A DNA stretch of 63,508 bases, counting the filler, from Candidatus Woesearchaeota archaeon (GTDB lineage Archaea; Nanobdellota; Nanobdellia; Woesearchaeales; J072): the NCBI GenBank assembly GCA_003695265.1. It is 6 parts of 6 records of this genome, joined end to end, with 100 filler letters (N's around TTAATTAATTAA, not from the genome) between each part and the next. Parts side by side here need not be neighbours in the genome. Positions count along the whole stretch, not along the records: positions 31,077 to 50,895 come from RFII01000089.1; positions 50,996 to 60,552 come from RFII01000090.1; 4 more parts are not named here. One strand, given 5' to 3'. Positions 47,622-57,484 of this stretch are shown here, piece after piece. A program made the translations under genes and the position numbers. Numbering within the stretch: position 1 is the first letter of the stretch; every line of letters starts with the position of its first letter. Under the pieces are notes generated by a model. It worked only from the letters and a program-made list of their open reading frames with translations, was not told the DNA's origin and searched no databases.

Positions 47622-47713
47622 AAAAAAAGTAGAATTTTTTCCTAAACCCAGCATTCAGCATTAGCTGATATGCTGGGCCGTGGTATGAAAGACTTGTTTA
47701 AATCATACACCCC
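47622..47713 (-). ncRNA. Candidate ~90-nt structured small RNA
   Basis: BRE+TATA at 47736-47755 (minus strand), predicted G start at 47713, two hairpins, oligo-T end. Confidence 0.45.
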
Positions 47714-47735
47714 AAAGAGAGAATATTAATGCAGA

Positions 47736-47780
47736 CTTATATATATTTTTTTCGCTTTTTCAAACCGAAAAGTATAAATA
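47736..47780. promoter_or_regulatory. Back-to-back archaeal promoters
   Basis: Minus strand GCGAAAAAAATATATATAAG; plus strand CCGAAAAGTATAAATA. Confidence 0.6.
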
Positions 47781-47797
47781 GGAGCATGTCTCATTAA

Positions 47798-48085
47798 ATG
47801 ATACGCACAAAGACCAATGGGGTGGTATTTATTCAGAAAACTTTTGAGCGCTCGCTAAAGCGCTGGGGCAATTCACTTGCGATTACAATAGATTCTAACA
47901 CCGCGAAAAGCATGTGCCTTCAGGAAGGGGAAATATTAAGGATTACGATCGAGAAGCTTGTGTATGACATGAAGCAGAAATTAATTGATGACCTCAGATT
48001 CCTGAAGGCCCAACCACCTTACAAAGATATGAAAGATGAGGAAATTCTAAAGGAATTATTAAAGGAAACCAAGATCTCTGGATAG
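47798..48085 (+). CDS. AbrB/MazE/SpoVT-family DNA-binding protein
   Basis: LKRWGNSLAITI..LQEGE.L.I; no adjacent toxin gene. Confidence 0.8.
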   Translation: MIRTKTNGVVFIQKTFERSLKRWGNSLAITIDSNTAKSMCLQEGEILRITIEKLVYDMKQKLIDDLRFLKAQPPYKDMKDEEILKELLKETKISG

Positions 48086-48115
48086 GATTTTTTTATTAAT
48101 CTTAAAAAATTTTAA

Positions 48116-48181
48116 CAATGGGGCAACGCCCCCTTGAACCCCCTCTTTAGACGGGGTTCCAAAGGGGTTGGACCCCTTTGC
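48116..48181. repeat. Inverted pair of REP-like GC-rich palindromes
   Basis: CAATGGGGC-AAC-GCCCCCTTG, GAACCCC..TCTTTAGA..GGGGTTC, CAAAGGGGT-TGG-ACCCCTTTG. Confidence 0.75.
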
Positions 48182-48252
48182 AGAATATTTTAAAATTTTC
48201 AGAAGATTTAATAGAAAACTATTTATAAGCAATTCTTCATAAATTCATTTTG

Positions 48253-48720
48253 ATGAAAAAGAAAACAATCTCAAGAGACACACCGCTTCTTAGCATAACG
48301 CTGCGCAGATATGAAAAGCCGAACAGCCTTGAGGGCAGAGAGCTTCTAAGAAAGCTGTGCTTATCACTCGGATTATTACAGCCGGGCGACTCAAGGGATG
48401 TTATTGTTGATGTCTTGCATGTTCTTTTGCTGGCAAGAGAAAAGCAGGAGCTGATAAGCGCAGAAGAAGTTAGAAGAAGAGTTACAGAAATTAGAAAACA
48501 GCAGAACCTACCTATGATTGGAATTGCCTCACCAAATATAAGGAGGCAGTTAAGAAGACTAAAAGACTCGTTTCTGATTGAGAGGGTCGTGAATGATTAC
48601 AGAATAGCAGAATTCTCAGAACTTTCAGAGATATTTGAAGAGAAAATAGAGAAGTTCATGTTTCCACAAATAGTGAAAAGAGTGAAAGAATACCTAAAAG
48701 CAGTTGATGAAAGACTCTAA
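48253..48720 (+). CDS. Hypothetical winged-helix protein
   Basis: SAEEV..ASPNIRRQLRRLK..LIER..Y wHTH-like pattern. Confidence 0.7.
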   Translation: MKKKTISRDTPLLSITLRRYEKPNSLEGRELLRKLCLSLGLLQPGDSRDVIVDVLHVLLLAREKQELISAEEVRRRVTEIRKQQNLPMIGIASPNIRRQLRRLKDSFLIERVVNDYRIAEFSELSEIFEEKIEKFMFPQIVKRVKEYLKAVDERL

Positions 48721-49676
48721 GCTTTGCTCGGGTGGCTGTGCAGAACACTTCTCGCAATATAGCATGCGAACGTGTTCATATTAATCATTTTCTCAACAAT
48801 CTTTGTTATAAAAATGTTCTTGTTGTCAATGAGGAATGCCTCGCAAACATTCATTAGGTTTTTCTTCCTTGACAAGACCTCATCAGCAATTTTGTAGTCC
48901 TGACTATACAACGCTTTCATTGCCGTGAAGTACTGGTTCGAGATAAGCTTGAAAAGGTTCAACAACTCCTTTTTATTGTATTTCTTTTCGAGTATTGTGC
49001 AGTACTTGCAGATTCTCTTCACCTGGTCTGCTATGTGCTCAATCTTCTCAGCAACATGATACATGTAAAGAAGCTCAATATAAGTCATGTCAAAAATTTT
49101 TGCCATCTGGGGGCGCTGCATTGCCTTGAAGACAAGCTTATAAACCAGGATTGTAAGCCTGTTCACATCATGGTCGCGGTCAGCAACGTGCTTCTGGTTG
49201 TCAATGCCTTTCTCAATACAGATTTCTGTGTCAAGAACCATTGACCTAGTTATATTATCTATGCGCCTTATAATTGATTTTATAGAAACATCCTTAACAT
49301 CAAGGAAGTCTTTTGCAATTATTTTTGTTGATGTCTGTTCAAGAATTTCCATTCCGACCAAGCCGTGTATTATCGATCTTATCTCCTTTGATTTCTCCTT
49401 TAATTTTTCTCCTGTAATTATTATTGTGTTGTAGTTGTTTATGTAAGCAGCAATGATTAAGTCATAAAGTGTTAGTATCTTCTCATTTGCTGAGATTGTG
49501 ATTTCAGAAGGCTTTTCGTTGTTTGAAGAAAGTTCGGGGCTTAGAATAATCTCGTTTTCGTTTTCCTCGATTTGAATTGTGTCACCTTTCTCCAGGTCAT
49601 GCCTTTTAATCCATTTTGAAGGCAAAGAAACAACGAGAGATGAATTTCCAAATTTTATCAGTTTTCTATAAACCAT
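48717..49676 (-). CDS. phoU: Archaeal phosphate uptake regulator (AbrB N-terminus + PhoU domains)
   Basis: RKLIKFGNSSLVVSLPSKW, AAYINNY, GMEILEQ, D..VNR, IEHIAD. Confidence 0.88.
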   Translation of the reverse strand: MVYRKLIKFGNSSLVVSLPSKWIKRHDLEKGDTIQIEENENEIILSPELSSNNEKPSEITISANEKILTLYDLIIAAYINNYNTIIITGEKLKEKSKEIRSIIHGLVGMEILEQTSTKIIAKDFLDVKDVSIKSIIRRIDNITRSMVLDTEICIEKGIDNQKHVADRDHDVNRLTILVYKLVFKAMQRPQMAKIFDMTYIELLYMYHVAEKIEHIADQVKRICKYCTILEKKYNKKELLNLFKLISNQYFTAMKALYSQDYKIADEVLSRKKNLMNVCEAFLIDNKNIFITKIVEKMINMNTFACYIARSVLHSHPSKA

Positions 49677-49790
49677 ATAAATACCACCCCTTAAAGCATA
49701 TATTTTATATGATACATATGGAAAGAGTATATATATTTAAATGTTTCTATAAATCGAATATAGGAGATAAAATAATAGGGGGGTGGTAAA

Positions 49791-49940
49791 ATGTCAAAAA
49801 CTCAAGACTACGAGTTTAGTCTTCCAAGGGAAGATAATGACATTTACACCGAAGAGGGTATGGAAGAGCTTGTTGAAGACGATGAGATTGATGCTTTTGA
49901 AGCAGCCTTCATGAGAGGCTACATGGACTTATGGATTTAA
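49791..49940 (+). CDS. Small acidic protein, 49 aa (absent from ORF track)
   Basis: MSKTQDYEFSLPREDNDIYTEEGMEELVEDDEIDAFEAAFMRGYMDLWI; RBS GGGGGGTGG. Confidence 0.78.
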   Translation: MSKTQDYEFSLPREDNDIYTEEGMEELVEDDEIDAFEAAFMRGYMDLWI

Positions 49941-49976
49941 GCAAATATTATATATAAAAAGAGAAAAAACGAATTT

Positions 49977-50516
49977 ATGAGTATATATGAACCAAGAGAG
50001 GATTCGTTTTTGCTCAGGAAACATGTGGAAAGGATTGCAAAAGGAGAAGTCCTGGATGTTGGGACAGGTTCAGGGATATTAGCCGAAGCCGCCTCAAGAA
50101 ATGCTGAATGGGTTTTAGCCACAGACATAAGTTTAAGCTCTTTATTTTTTGCTAAGAAGGGTGGGGTCAGAGCAAAAAACATCGCCTTTCTCTGCTCTGA
50201 CCTTTTTTCTTCTATCCAGAACGTTTTATTTGATGTGATAATCTTTAATCCGCCTTACCTTCCTAATGATAATAATGTGAGAGACATTGCTCTTGACGGC
50301 GGGGCAGAAGGATACGAGCTTATAGAAAGATTTCTCAAAAAAGCAAAATTTTTCTTAAAGAGTAATGGAATTATATTAATCGTTTTCAGCTCACTAACAA
50401 AAAAAGACAAGGTAGATTGGGTGATAAGGAGGGAAGGATACTGCTATGAGTTATTAGATAAGAAAAAGCTGGACTTTGAAGAGCTATATGTTTACAAGAT
50501 TAATTATTTATATTAA
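49977..50516 (+). CDS. HemK2/PrmC-like N5-glutamine methyltransferase
   Basis: IYEPREDSFLL, LDVGTGSG, SDLF, FNPPY, DGG..G. Confidence 0.9.
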   Translation: MSIYEPREDSFLLRKHVERIAKGEVLDVGTGSGILAEAASRNAEWVLATDISLSSLFFAKKGGVRAKNIAFLCSDLFSSIQNVLFDVIIFNPPYLPNDNNVRDIALDGGAEGYELIERFLKKAKFFLKSNGIILIVFSSLTKKDKVDWVIRREGYCYELLDKKKLDFEELYVYKINYLY

Positions 50517-50534
50517 ACATTTTTCTTTATTAGC

Positions 50535-50895
50535 ATGAAAGTGGAAAAAAAGGAATACTTCGCTCATGGAAAACGCGGCGTCATACACACAGGGTTTCTA
50601 AACGGGAAAAAAGTGGCTGTAAAAAGCAAAAGGGAAAGTAGCGAAGCAAAAGGCAGAATAAAGAATGAGGCTGTTTTCCTAAAAAAACTAAACAAGCACG
50701 GCATAGGGCCAACATTTATTTCTTTTAAAGAAAACGAATTAATCTATGAATTTGTCAAAGGTAGATTCATAATGGATTTCTTTGAAAAAGCTTCCAAAAA
50801 GGATATCAGGGAAGTAATAAAGAATGTTCTCACCCAATGCTACAAGCTGGACTCTTTAGGAATAAACAAAGAGGAAATGCATCACCCTGTAAAAC
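50535..50895 (+). CDS. Atypical Ser/Thr kinase-like (Bud32/RIO-like) protein, 3' truncated
   Basis: GKRGVI, VAVK, NEA..L..LN..GIGP, YEFVKG; runs into linker. Confidence 0.7.
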
Positions 50896-50995
50896 NNNNN
50901 NNNNNNNNNNNNNNNNNNNNNNNNNNNNNNNNNNNNNNNTTAATTAATTAANNNNNNNNNNNNNNNNNNNNNNNNNNNNNNNNNNNNNNNNNNNN
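50896..50995. other. Artificial contig linker
   Basis: N44-TTAATTAATTAA-N44. Confidence 0.98.
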
Positions 50996-53217
50996 CACTT
51001 TATAACCCCTTTTTCCTCGTTGCAGTTGCTGTCCCTAATGTCAAATCTGGGCAATTTTCCCAAAATCATTCTCTCCTTTATTTTCAAGTACTCATCAATA
51101 GCTTCTGTTTCGCTCAAATTATAATTTCTTGAAAGGTAAGCAATGCCTTTTTCTTCGCTAAGCCTTGACACCTCAGCATAAGCCTTATTCACGATTGGGT
51201 CCCATTCGGCAAAGTACTCTATGTGATGCATTTTCTGAAGCATTTCCTCATAGATAATTACGTAGGATTCCTGTGGTTCGCAGAAGATCTTGTTTACGTA
51301 TCTCTGCTGTATCTTGTTTTCTTTTGCTATTCTCAGGGCTTCGCTTTTGTTTGAGGTTATTATTTTCTTGAACAGATCCCAGGATGTTTTCTCAATAATC
51401 TTTTTTGCAGGCGTCCTGGCGCCGCAAACCAGAGTCCTTAGCAAACCTAGGCTCACGTTCTCGTCTTCTGACAAAAACATTTTTGAAATCAAGTAATTGG
51501 AAAAACCATCCCAAGATCCTCCATCCAGAATAGTTGCTCTCTTGGCATACGCCTGATAAACGTAGCCGTAATCAGGCCATCCTGCAATAATCGCGTCTTC
51601 AGATGAATTATGTCTTATTTCAGACAAAACGTTTGCAACAGCGTCATCCATTTCAGGCAGGGTGTACGACATTTTTTCTAAGTCAGCGTTAACAATGGCA
51701 AGCATGAGTATTCCAATAATCACAACAGAAATGTACTTTACGAGTGATTTGTAGCCGTAATCCCTTATTCTTGACACTACAATACCCAGGAATGAGCCTA
51801 TAAAAACAGTGAACACAGGCCCGAAGAGCCTTGTAAACCTTGCTGCGAACAAGGAAACAACTGCTAGCGCAACTACCCATATGAGAAAAAACAACCTTTC
51901 TCTTCTTGTCTTTTTTAATAAACCATACGCAAAATATAATATTCCTCCTAAAAATATTAAAAGAATTAGGTATCCTCCAATTTGCTGAACTAAATTTGTT
52001 GACTGTAATTCTGACAATATTTGGAAGGGGTCAGGCCAAGTGCCGCTTTCTGACATTCCAATGTATTTTCTTAGTACAGATGTTCTTTTATGCTTTAATA
52101 AAAACATAAGCGCTCCAAGAAGAAAAACAGTAACAAAAACAATAAGGCCGCTCAGCCAAAGAGCTTTCTTCTTTTTTGCTTTTTGTACCTTTCTAAAAAG
52201 CATTAATGTAATATAAGTGGCTAAAAATGTTACGATAATAAATACAATGTAATAATAACCCCCACCCCATGTTTGCTTAAACAAGAAAATGCTGAGTAAC
52301 ATTGCTATTAGCCAAGCTGCTTTCATATAAACTTTTTTGTCGTCAAAAATTCTGAATAAGAAAAATATGATCAAAAAAGGGAAAAAAATGTTTAGTGAGT
52401 CTGTGTCAGGTATTCCTGCTATCTGCCCCCTTATGGCGATTGGGTGGATTGCGAAGAAGACTGCCGCTAATAACCCGCCGAAATTGTTGCTGAGCTTCCT
52501 GCCGAAATAATACGCGAAAGGAAACGTCAGAATGAATATTAAGACAGGGAAAAAAAACGCAACTCCAAGCAAAGTCACTTTTTTACTGAAGAAAGACGCT
52601 ATTTTGAAAGCGTAAGCCATCATCCATGGGAAAAGGTTTGATTCAGCATATCTTCCTGCAGGAGGCGTTCTCAGAGTGTCAAAAGGCTTTCCTTCCTTTA
52701 AAGTTTCTCCTGGGTGGCCGTTCTCGACTATGTTTCCTGCCAGGCGGTAATAATAGTAAGTGTCGAACAAGTAAAGGTAAACGCTTCCAGAATCATCCTT
52801 GTAAATTTTCTTGTTTTCTTCTTTTAGGCGCTCTAATGTTTTTTTTGATTGCTCTGAGTTTAGGATTGCATCAATGTTTTTTTTGATTAGCTTTGCCTTT
52901 TCAGTGTCTGGCAGCATTGGGTACTGCTGCTCGACTTGCTTCACAATATCGTTTCTTACGTTCAGATAATAATTGTTGAACGTGAACTGGTCAATGAACT
53001 TCAGCCTGTAAGTCTGTGTTCTTAAGTAAATGCCGGCGCTGAAAGCGATTAGGAGAATTATTATTGTTATTGTGAGGTGGGCTTTTCTTGGCAGAGCCCT
53101 GCATTTTTCTTGTTTCGGCCTTTCTTCTTTGGTTTTCTTTGCTTTTTCTTCTGCTTCTTTTTTTAGCTCTGCCTGCTTTTTCAGTGTTGTTCCAATGTCT
53201 AAGTCCTCAACGTCCAT
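50996..53217 (-). CDS. aglB: STT3/AglB-like oligosaccharyltransferase, 3' truncated
   Basis: FDTYYYYR, PDTD, SELQ, ARF, WPDYG (WWDYG variant), DGG; multi-TM N-terminal part. Confidence 0.8.
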
Positions 53218-53296
53218 TTGTTTATGGCTTTTTTTATTATTTATAAAGGTTGCTCCAGCGAAAGATTAATAAGTAAAATAAGTAACCTTTCATTTT

Positions 53297-54253
53297 ATGA
53301 AATGCTTAGTTGTTGGGGGAGCTGGTTACATAGGAAGCCACGTTACTAAAAAGCTTTGCGAATTAGGCCATGAAGTGGTTGTTTTTGATAATCTTAGGAC
53401 TGGCTCGGAAGAGAACGTTGATTCACGGGCAAAGCTTGTTGAGGGCAACATTCTTAACGAGGAGGATCTCGAAAAGGCTTTTTCAGGCAAGGTTGATTGC
53501 GTTTTTCATTTCGCTGCTTTAAAGGCGGCTGGCGAATCAATGAAGAAGCCTGAAGAGTACTCGAAAAACAATATTTGCGGCACAATAAGCCTTCTTAACG
53601 CAATGCTGAAGCACAGTGTTAATAAAATTGTTTTCTCGTCTTCTGCTGCTGTTTACGGCTCTCCAAAGTATTTGCCGATAGATGAGAAGCATCCTCTAAA
53701 GCCAGATAATTTTTACGGTTACACAAAGCTCGCTATAGAGCAGGTTTTGGAGTGGTACAGCAAGTTGAAAGGGTTGAGGTATGCTGCTTTAAGGTATTTT
53801 AACGCTGCTGGAAACGATTCTTCAGGGGTTTTGAAGGTTATGGAAAAGAACCCTGCCAATCTTATGCCTGTAGTGATGGAGGTCGCGTCTGGCAGAAGGG
53901 AAATTGTTGAGGTTTTCGGCAATGACTATGACACAAATGATGGTACAGGAATCAGGGATTACATTCACGTTGACGACCTTGCTGACGCGCACGTAATGGC
54001 TTTGGACTATATTGTGAAAAAGGGAAACCTTGTTGTTAATCTTGGCTCAGAGAAAGGTTACTCTGTGCTTGAGGTGATTAAGGAAGCTGAGAGGGTTGTT
54101 GGCCGCAAGATTCCTTTCAGGATTGTTGGCAGAAGAAAAGGGGATCCTGCCAAAGTTGTTGCTTCATCAAGGCTCGCTTTTGAACTGCTGGGCTGGAAGG
54201 CAAAGCTCGGCTTGAAAGAAATGCTTGAGACAATGTGGGATGTTTACAAGTGA
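53297..54253 (+). CDS. galE: UDP-glucose 4-epimerase
   Basis: GGAGYIGSH, HFAA, FSSSAAVYG, YGYTK, LRYFN, GIRDYIHV. Confidence 0.95.
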   Translation: MKCLVVGGAGYIGSHVTKKLCELGHEVVVFDNLRTGSEENVDSRAKLVEGNILNEEDLEKAFSGKVDCVFHFAALKAAGESMKKPEEYSKNNICGTISLLNAMLKHSVNKIVFSSSAAVYGSPKYLPIDEKHPLKPDNFYGYTKLAIEQVLEWYSKLKGLRYAALRYFNAAGNDSSGVLKVMEKNPANLMPVVMEVASGRREIVEVFGNDYDTNDGTGIRDYIHVDDLADAHVMALDYIVKKGNLVVNLGSEKGYSVLEVIKEAERVVGRKIPFRIVGRRKGDPAKVVASSRLAFELLGWKAKLGLKEMLETMWDVYK

Positions 54254-54263
54254 GGTGCTTATT

Positions 54264-55031
54264 ATGAGAATAATTGACTCGAAAGGAAGATTGTTCGGAA
54301 AGATTAACATAATTGATTTTTTCCTGCTTGTGTTCGTGCTGCTCATAATAATCCTTGGCATGAAATTTCTTAAGCCGAAAGAAAAAGTTGAGATTAGTTT
54401 GCAAATGGAATTAAGCAATCAGTCGGCATACATTGCAAAGAACATAAATGTGGGGGACATCATACTTGAGGATGATGAAAAAGCAGGGGAGATAACAGGC
54501 CTGACTTTTCTTCCTGCTTCTGGCACTAATAAGAACATAATAATTTCTCTAAAGCTCTTTGCTGACTCGAAAAATAACAAGTTATTCTTCAACAACCAGA
54601 TGCTGAAAATTGGGAACGAGTTAAGCATTGAGTTAAAAGATGTAATTATTGAGGGGGTTATCTTACATATTAGCAAAAAGGAAGAGAGAGAATTTGCCAA
54701 AAAGAGGGTTACTGTCAAAATGTATAATCAGAGTTCTTGGATTGCTGATTTGCTGAGAATAGGTGATTCTGAATTATCCGGCGGTAAGGAAATTGCTAAG
54801 ATAATTGACAAGGACGTTGAGCCTGCTGAAATGATAGTGATATCTCAGGATGGGGAAGTCTTTTTAAGGGAGCATCCCACCAACAAGGATATAACCTTAA
54901 CTTTAGAGGTTGTCGCTGAGAAGGTTGGTGGCAGCTACTTTTTTCATGGAAGCGAGCTGAAAGCTGGAAATAACTTAATGCTTGAGACAAGCTCTATAAA
55001 CGTGAATGGAGTCATTGTTGGTGTTGAATGA
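54264..55031 (+). CDS. DUF4330-like membrane-anchored protein with two repeated domains
   Basis: IIDSKGRLFGKINIID plus TM; repeated GD..G.I..D/N I.I.L..LK.G..L units. Confidence 0.75.
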   Translation: MRIIDSKGRLFGKINIIDFFLLVFVLLIIILGMKFLKPKEKVEISLQMELSNQSAYIAKNINVGDIILEDDEKAGEITGLTFLPASGTNKNIIISLKLFADSKNNKLFFNNQMLKIGNELSIELKDVIIEGVILHISKKEEREFAKKRVTVKMYNQSSWIADLLRIGDSELSGGKEIAKIIDKDVEPAEMIVISQDGEVFLREHPTNKDITLTLEVVAEKVGGSYFFHGSELKAGNNLMLETSSINVNGVIVGVE

Positions 55032-55528
55032 TAACTCATAATTCGTTTGCTGTGAGGCTTGCGGAAAACGTTTCAAGTATTTACAGCAACAGTTTTTTCT
55101 CAAATTTCTTGAGCAATGCTTTAAATTTTATTAATAATTCTTATGATAATTCTTTCGTGAGATTGTTTTTTAGAAAAGCGGCTTTTTTCATTAGGGAAAG
55201 CTCTGTTGCTAAATGGCTTATGAGAGAAGAAGAGGAAATTGATGTTTTCAGCTCTAGCAAGTCTCTTGAGAAAGGAATCTCTGTTGGAGAAAGCGTTTTT
55301 TGCAGTGCTGAAAGCGCCTACAAAGAGAGCTTTGCTAACAATTTGGTTTCTGGTGTTGCTAAAGAGCTTGCCTCGAGGCCAGTGTTTTCTATTAGTTTAA
55401 TACTGTTTGCGGCAGTAATCACTAATTCTGTTCTATGGTTGTTTCTCGGCGATTTTAAAGTGAGCGGATTTCTAGCAAGGCTTGCTCTGGCTCTTGCTTC
55501 ATTCATTGGGTTATACTCCAAAAAATAA
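55028..55528 (+). CDS. Hypothetical membrane protein
   Basis: ATGA overlap; repeated (Y/N)xxSF motifs and two C-terminal TM helices. Confidence 0.7.
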   Translation: MITHNSFAVRLAENVSSIYSNSFFSNFLSNALNFINNSYDNSFVRLFFRKAAFFIRESSVAKWLMREEEEIDVFSSSKSLEKGISVGESVFCSAESAYKESFANNLVSGVAKELASRPVFSISLILFAAVITNSVLWLFLGDFKVSGFLARLALALASFIGLYSKK

Positions 55529-55560
55529 TTGGTTGTTCTTTTTTTTAAGCCGAAAGATTG

Positions 55561-56214
55561 TTATGCTATTGAATTTCGTTCCTGCGCTTCATAAATCATG
55601 TCAAAGAACTTCTTTTTGATGAAAAACTTTTTCCTCAGCCTCTGCATTGCTTGCTCGAGGTCGATGAGAATCCACTCATTGTTTTTTTTCTGCTCCACTG
55701 CTTTTGAAATTAGCCCTTCCCAGTTTATGTTATTTTCAATTTCAAGGATTGTTTCAATGTCTTCATAATCTCTTTCCCTGCCGGTTATTGCTTTTAACAG
55801 AAGAAGCGTTTCCTTTGGCGGAATTAATAATGTGAGCTCTTTTTTGCCTTTGAAATCTATTCTTTCAGCAGCGTCTTCTTGCTCAAACGAGACTTTGAAT
55901 CCAAAAATATTCCCTGCGAACAAGTCGAATCTTTCTTCTCCTCTTGTGTACATTCTCGGCTTGCCCTTGCAGGCTTTTCTTTTATCATCATATACTCCTG
56001 CTAAAGCCTTTTCTTTGTAGCCGAGCTTTTCAATCGCTCTTATGAAAGCTTCCATGTCACTCCTGTTTTTAAACACTAAATCAATGTCTTTGGTTGCGGT
56101 TTTGTATCCTGAGAACATCAGGGCTGTTCCGCCAACTGCCACGCATTCTAAGTCTTTTTCCAAGTACTCTGCAATTAGCTTAAATAGCTCCTCCTGGTCC
56201 TGCGTGTTAATCAT
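55561..56214 (-). CDS. AbiEii/DUF6036-like nucleotidyltransferase (type IV TA toxin-like)
   Basis: VGGTAL..G.K.ATKDIDL, LLLKA..GRERDYEDI. Confidence 0.8.
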   Translation of the reverse strand: MINTQDQEELFKLIAEYLEKDLECVAVGGTALMFSGYKTATKDIDLVFKNRSDMEAFIRAIEKLGYKEKALAGVYDDKRKACKGKPRMYTRGEERFDLFAGNIFGFKVSFEQEDAAERIDFKGKKELTLLIPPKETLLLLKAITGRERDYEDIETILEIENNINWEGLISKAVEQKKNNEWILIDLEQAMQRLRKKFFIKKKFFDMIYEAQERNSIA

Positions 56215-56690
56215 TTTCTGTACCTTTTTGGCATTGCCCTTACTTTAAAATTTTTCCTTGCCTTTTCGTAAAGATCGCGCACTTTTCCTTTTATGCCGTG
56301 CTTCTTCGCCAGGTCAAAGAGCCTCTTCCAGTTCTTCACGTGCTTAAACAGGTGGCTTGTCGCTTCAAGGGTTCTAGAGTCTCCTATTAGTATGCCGTCA
56401 ATAATTGCGTGCTCAACAGTGTAATTTCCGAACACCCTGTGCTTGAACTTCGGGACTAGTTTTTCCGGACTGTATTTGTTAACAACGCTGTAGAAGCCAT
56501 TGCTCGGGAATTGTGGTGTTTTGTGGATGGTGTAAATTCGCTTTTGACGGCCGCCTCCTGTTACAGTAACATATCCCTTCTGCTTGAGCTTGGATAACTT
56601 GTTTAATGCTGCTTGCCTTGTCAGCCCTGTTTTTTTAGCAAAGGTTTCTATTGTGAATTTGCCAGTCCCCACCATAACAAGGTTATCCAT
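56211..56690 (-). CDS. AbiEi-like wHTH antitoxin/regulator
   Basis: N-terminal wHTH, TVEHAIID; ATGA coupling to the downstream NTase. Confidence 0.7.
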   Translation of the reverse strand: MDNLVMVGTGKFTIETFAKKTGLTRQAALNKLSKLKQKGYVTVTGGGRQKRIYTIHKTPQFPSNGFYSVVNKYSPEKLVPKFKHRVFGNYTVEHAIIDGILIGDSRTLEATSHLFKHVKNWKRLFDLAKKHGIKGKVRDLYEKARKNFKVRAMPKRYRK

Positions 56691-56767
56691 AATAACTATT
56701 ATATAAATTTTTCTATTTTTTGGTTATGTTAATCCTTAAGCTATGCATAAAACTGCCAAGCGCTTTG

Positions 56768-57484
56768 TTATTTTGTAATTAGTGAAGAAAAGTCAGTGAT
56801 TTTTGGCGTTTTCATCGGAATCTTGAAGTTTGTGCTCCAAAAACCGTAATTGCTATGGTCGCCGAACATCCCAACTCCGTACATGCCATGGTCTGAGAGG
56901 ATTATTAGTTTGTTGCATTTCTCTTTTATTTGAGCTGCCATTTCGTCAAGCTCGCGGTAAATCATCCTCATCATAGTCTTGTTCCCAAAGTTGAGGTGGC
57001 CTATGACGTCTGCAACGCTGAAATATCCTAGGACAAAGTCATGGTCTTCATTCAGCGCTTTGAAGAATTCTTCCTTTATTTTTTTGTGGTGCTCAAACGC
57101 GTCCTTATTGTACTCTTCTCTAATCTTTTCTTTTTCCTGCTCGTCTTCTGTTGTGAAGAAGGCTTTAAGCAGTTTTCTTGACCTCTCGTGCGCTTCCAAG
57201 TCGTAGCTGAATCCTGGAAGGTCTAAGACAACAGGGCTTTTGAAATGCGAGAAAAAAGTCTCTTTTAAATCCCATTTCTTGCTCCACATTTCCTTGTTGC
57301 CGTCTTCTAGCACATCCTTCTCCTTGTTTTTTCCTGTGCTGAACGAGCTCCACAGCACCATTGTCCTTGGCTGGCTGAACTCGCTTATGTCAGTCTTGCC
57401 GTAGTAGTCCTGCTTTAGGTTCTTGCAGTCAAACTCCTCCACTAAGTTGTATTCCAAAGCGTCTATTGCGAACACAACAATCAT
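56768..57484 (-). CDS. Alkaline phosphatase superfamily (NPP/phosphodiesterase-like) protein
   Basis: IDAL, Thr-nucleophile region [26 protein letters not shown]. Confidence 0.8.
   Translation of the reverse strand: MIVVFAIDALEYNLVEEFDCKNLKQDYYGKTDISEFSQPRTMVLWSSFSTGKNKEKDVLEDGNKEMWSKKWDLKETFFSHFKSPVVLDLPGFSYDLEAHERSRKLLKAFFTTEDEQEKEKIREEYNKDAFEHHKKIKEEFFKALNEDHDFVLGYFSVADVIGHLNFGNKTMMRMIYRELDEMAAQIKEKCNKLIILSDHGMYGVGMFGDHSNYGFWSTNFKIPMKTPKITDFSSLITK

Noticed and set aside
47798..48085. Type II TA operon
   Set aside because: AbrB/MazE-like gene has no adjacent PIN/MazF toxin; the next gene is wHTH-like with its own promoter-like element.
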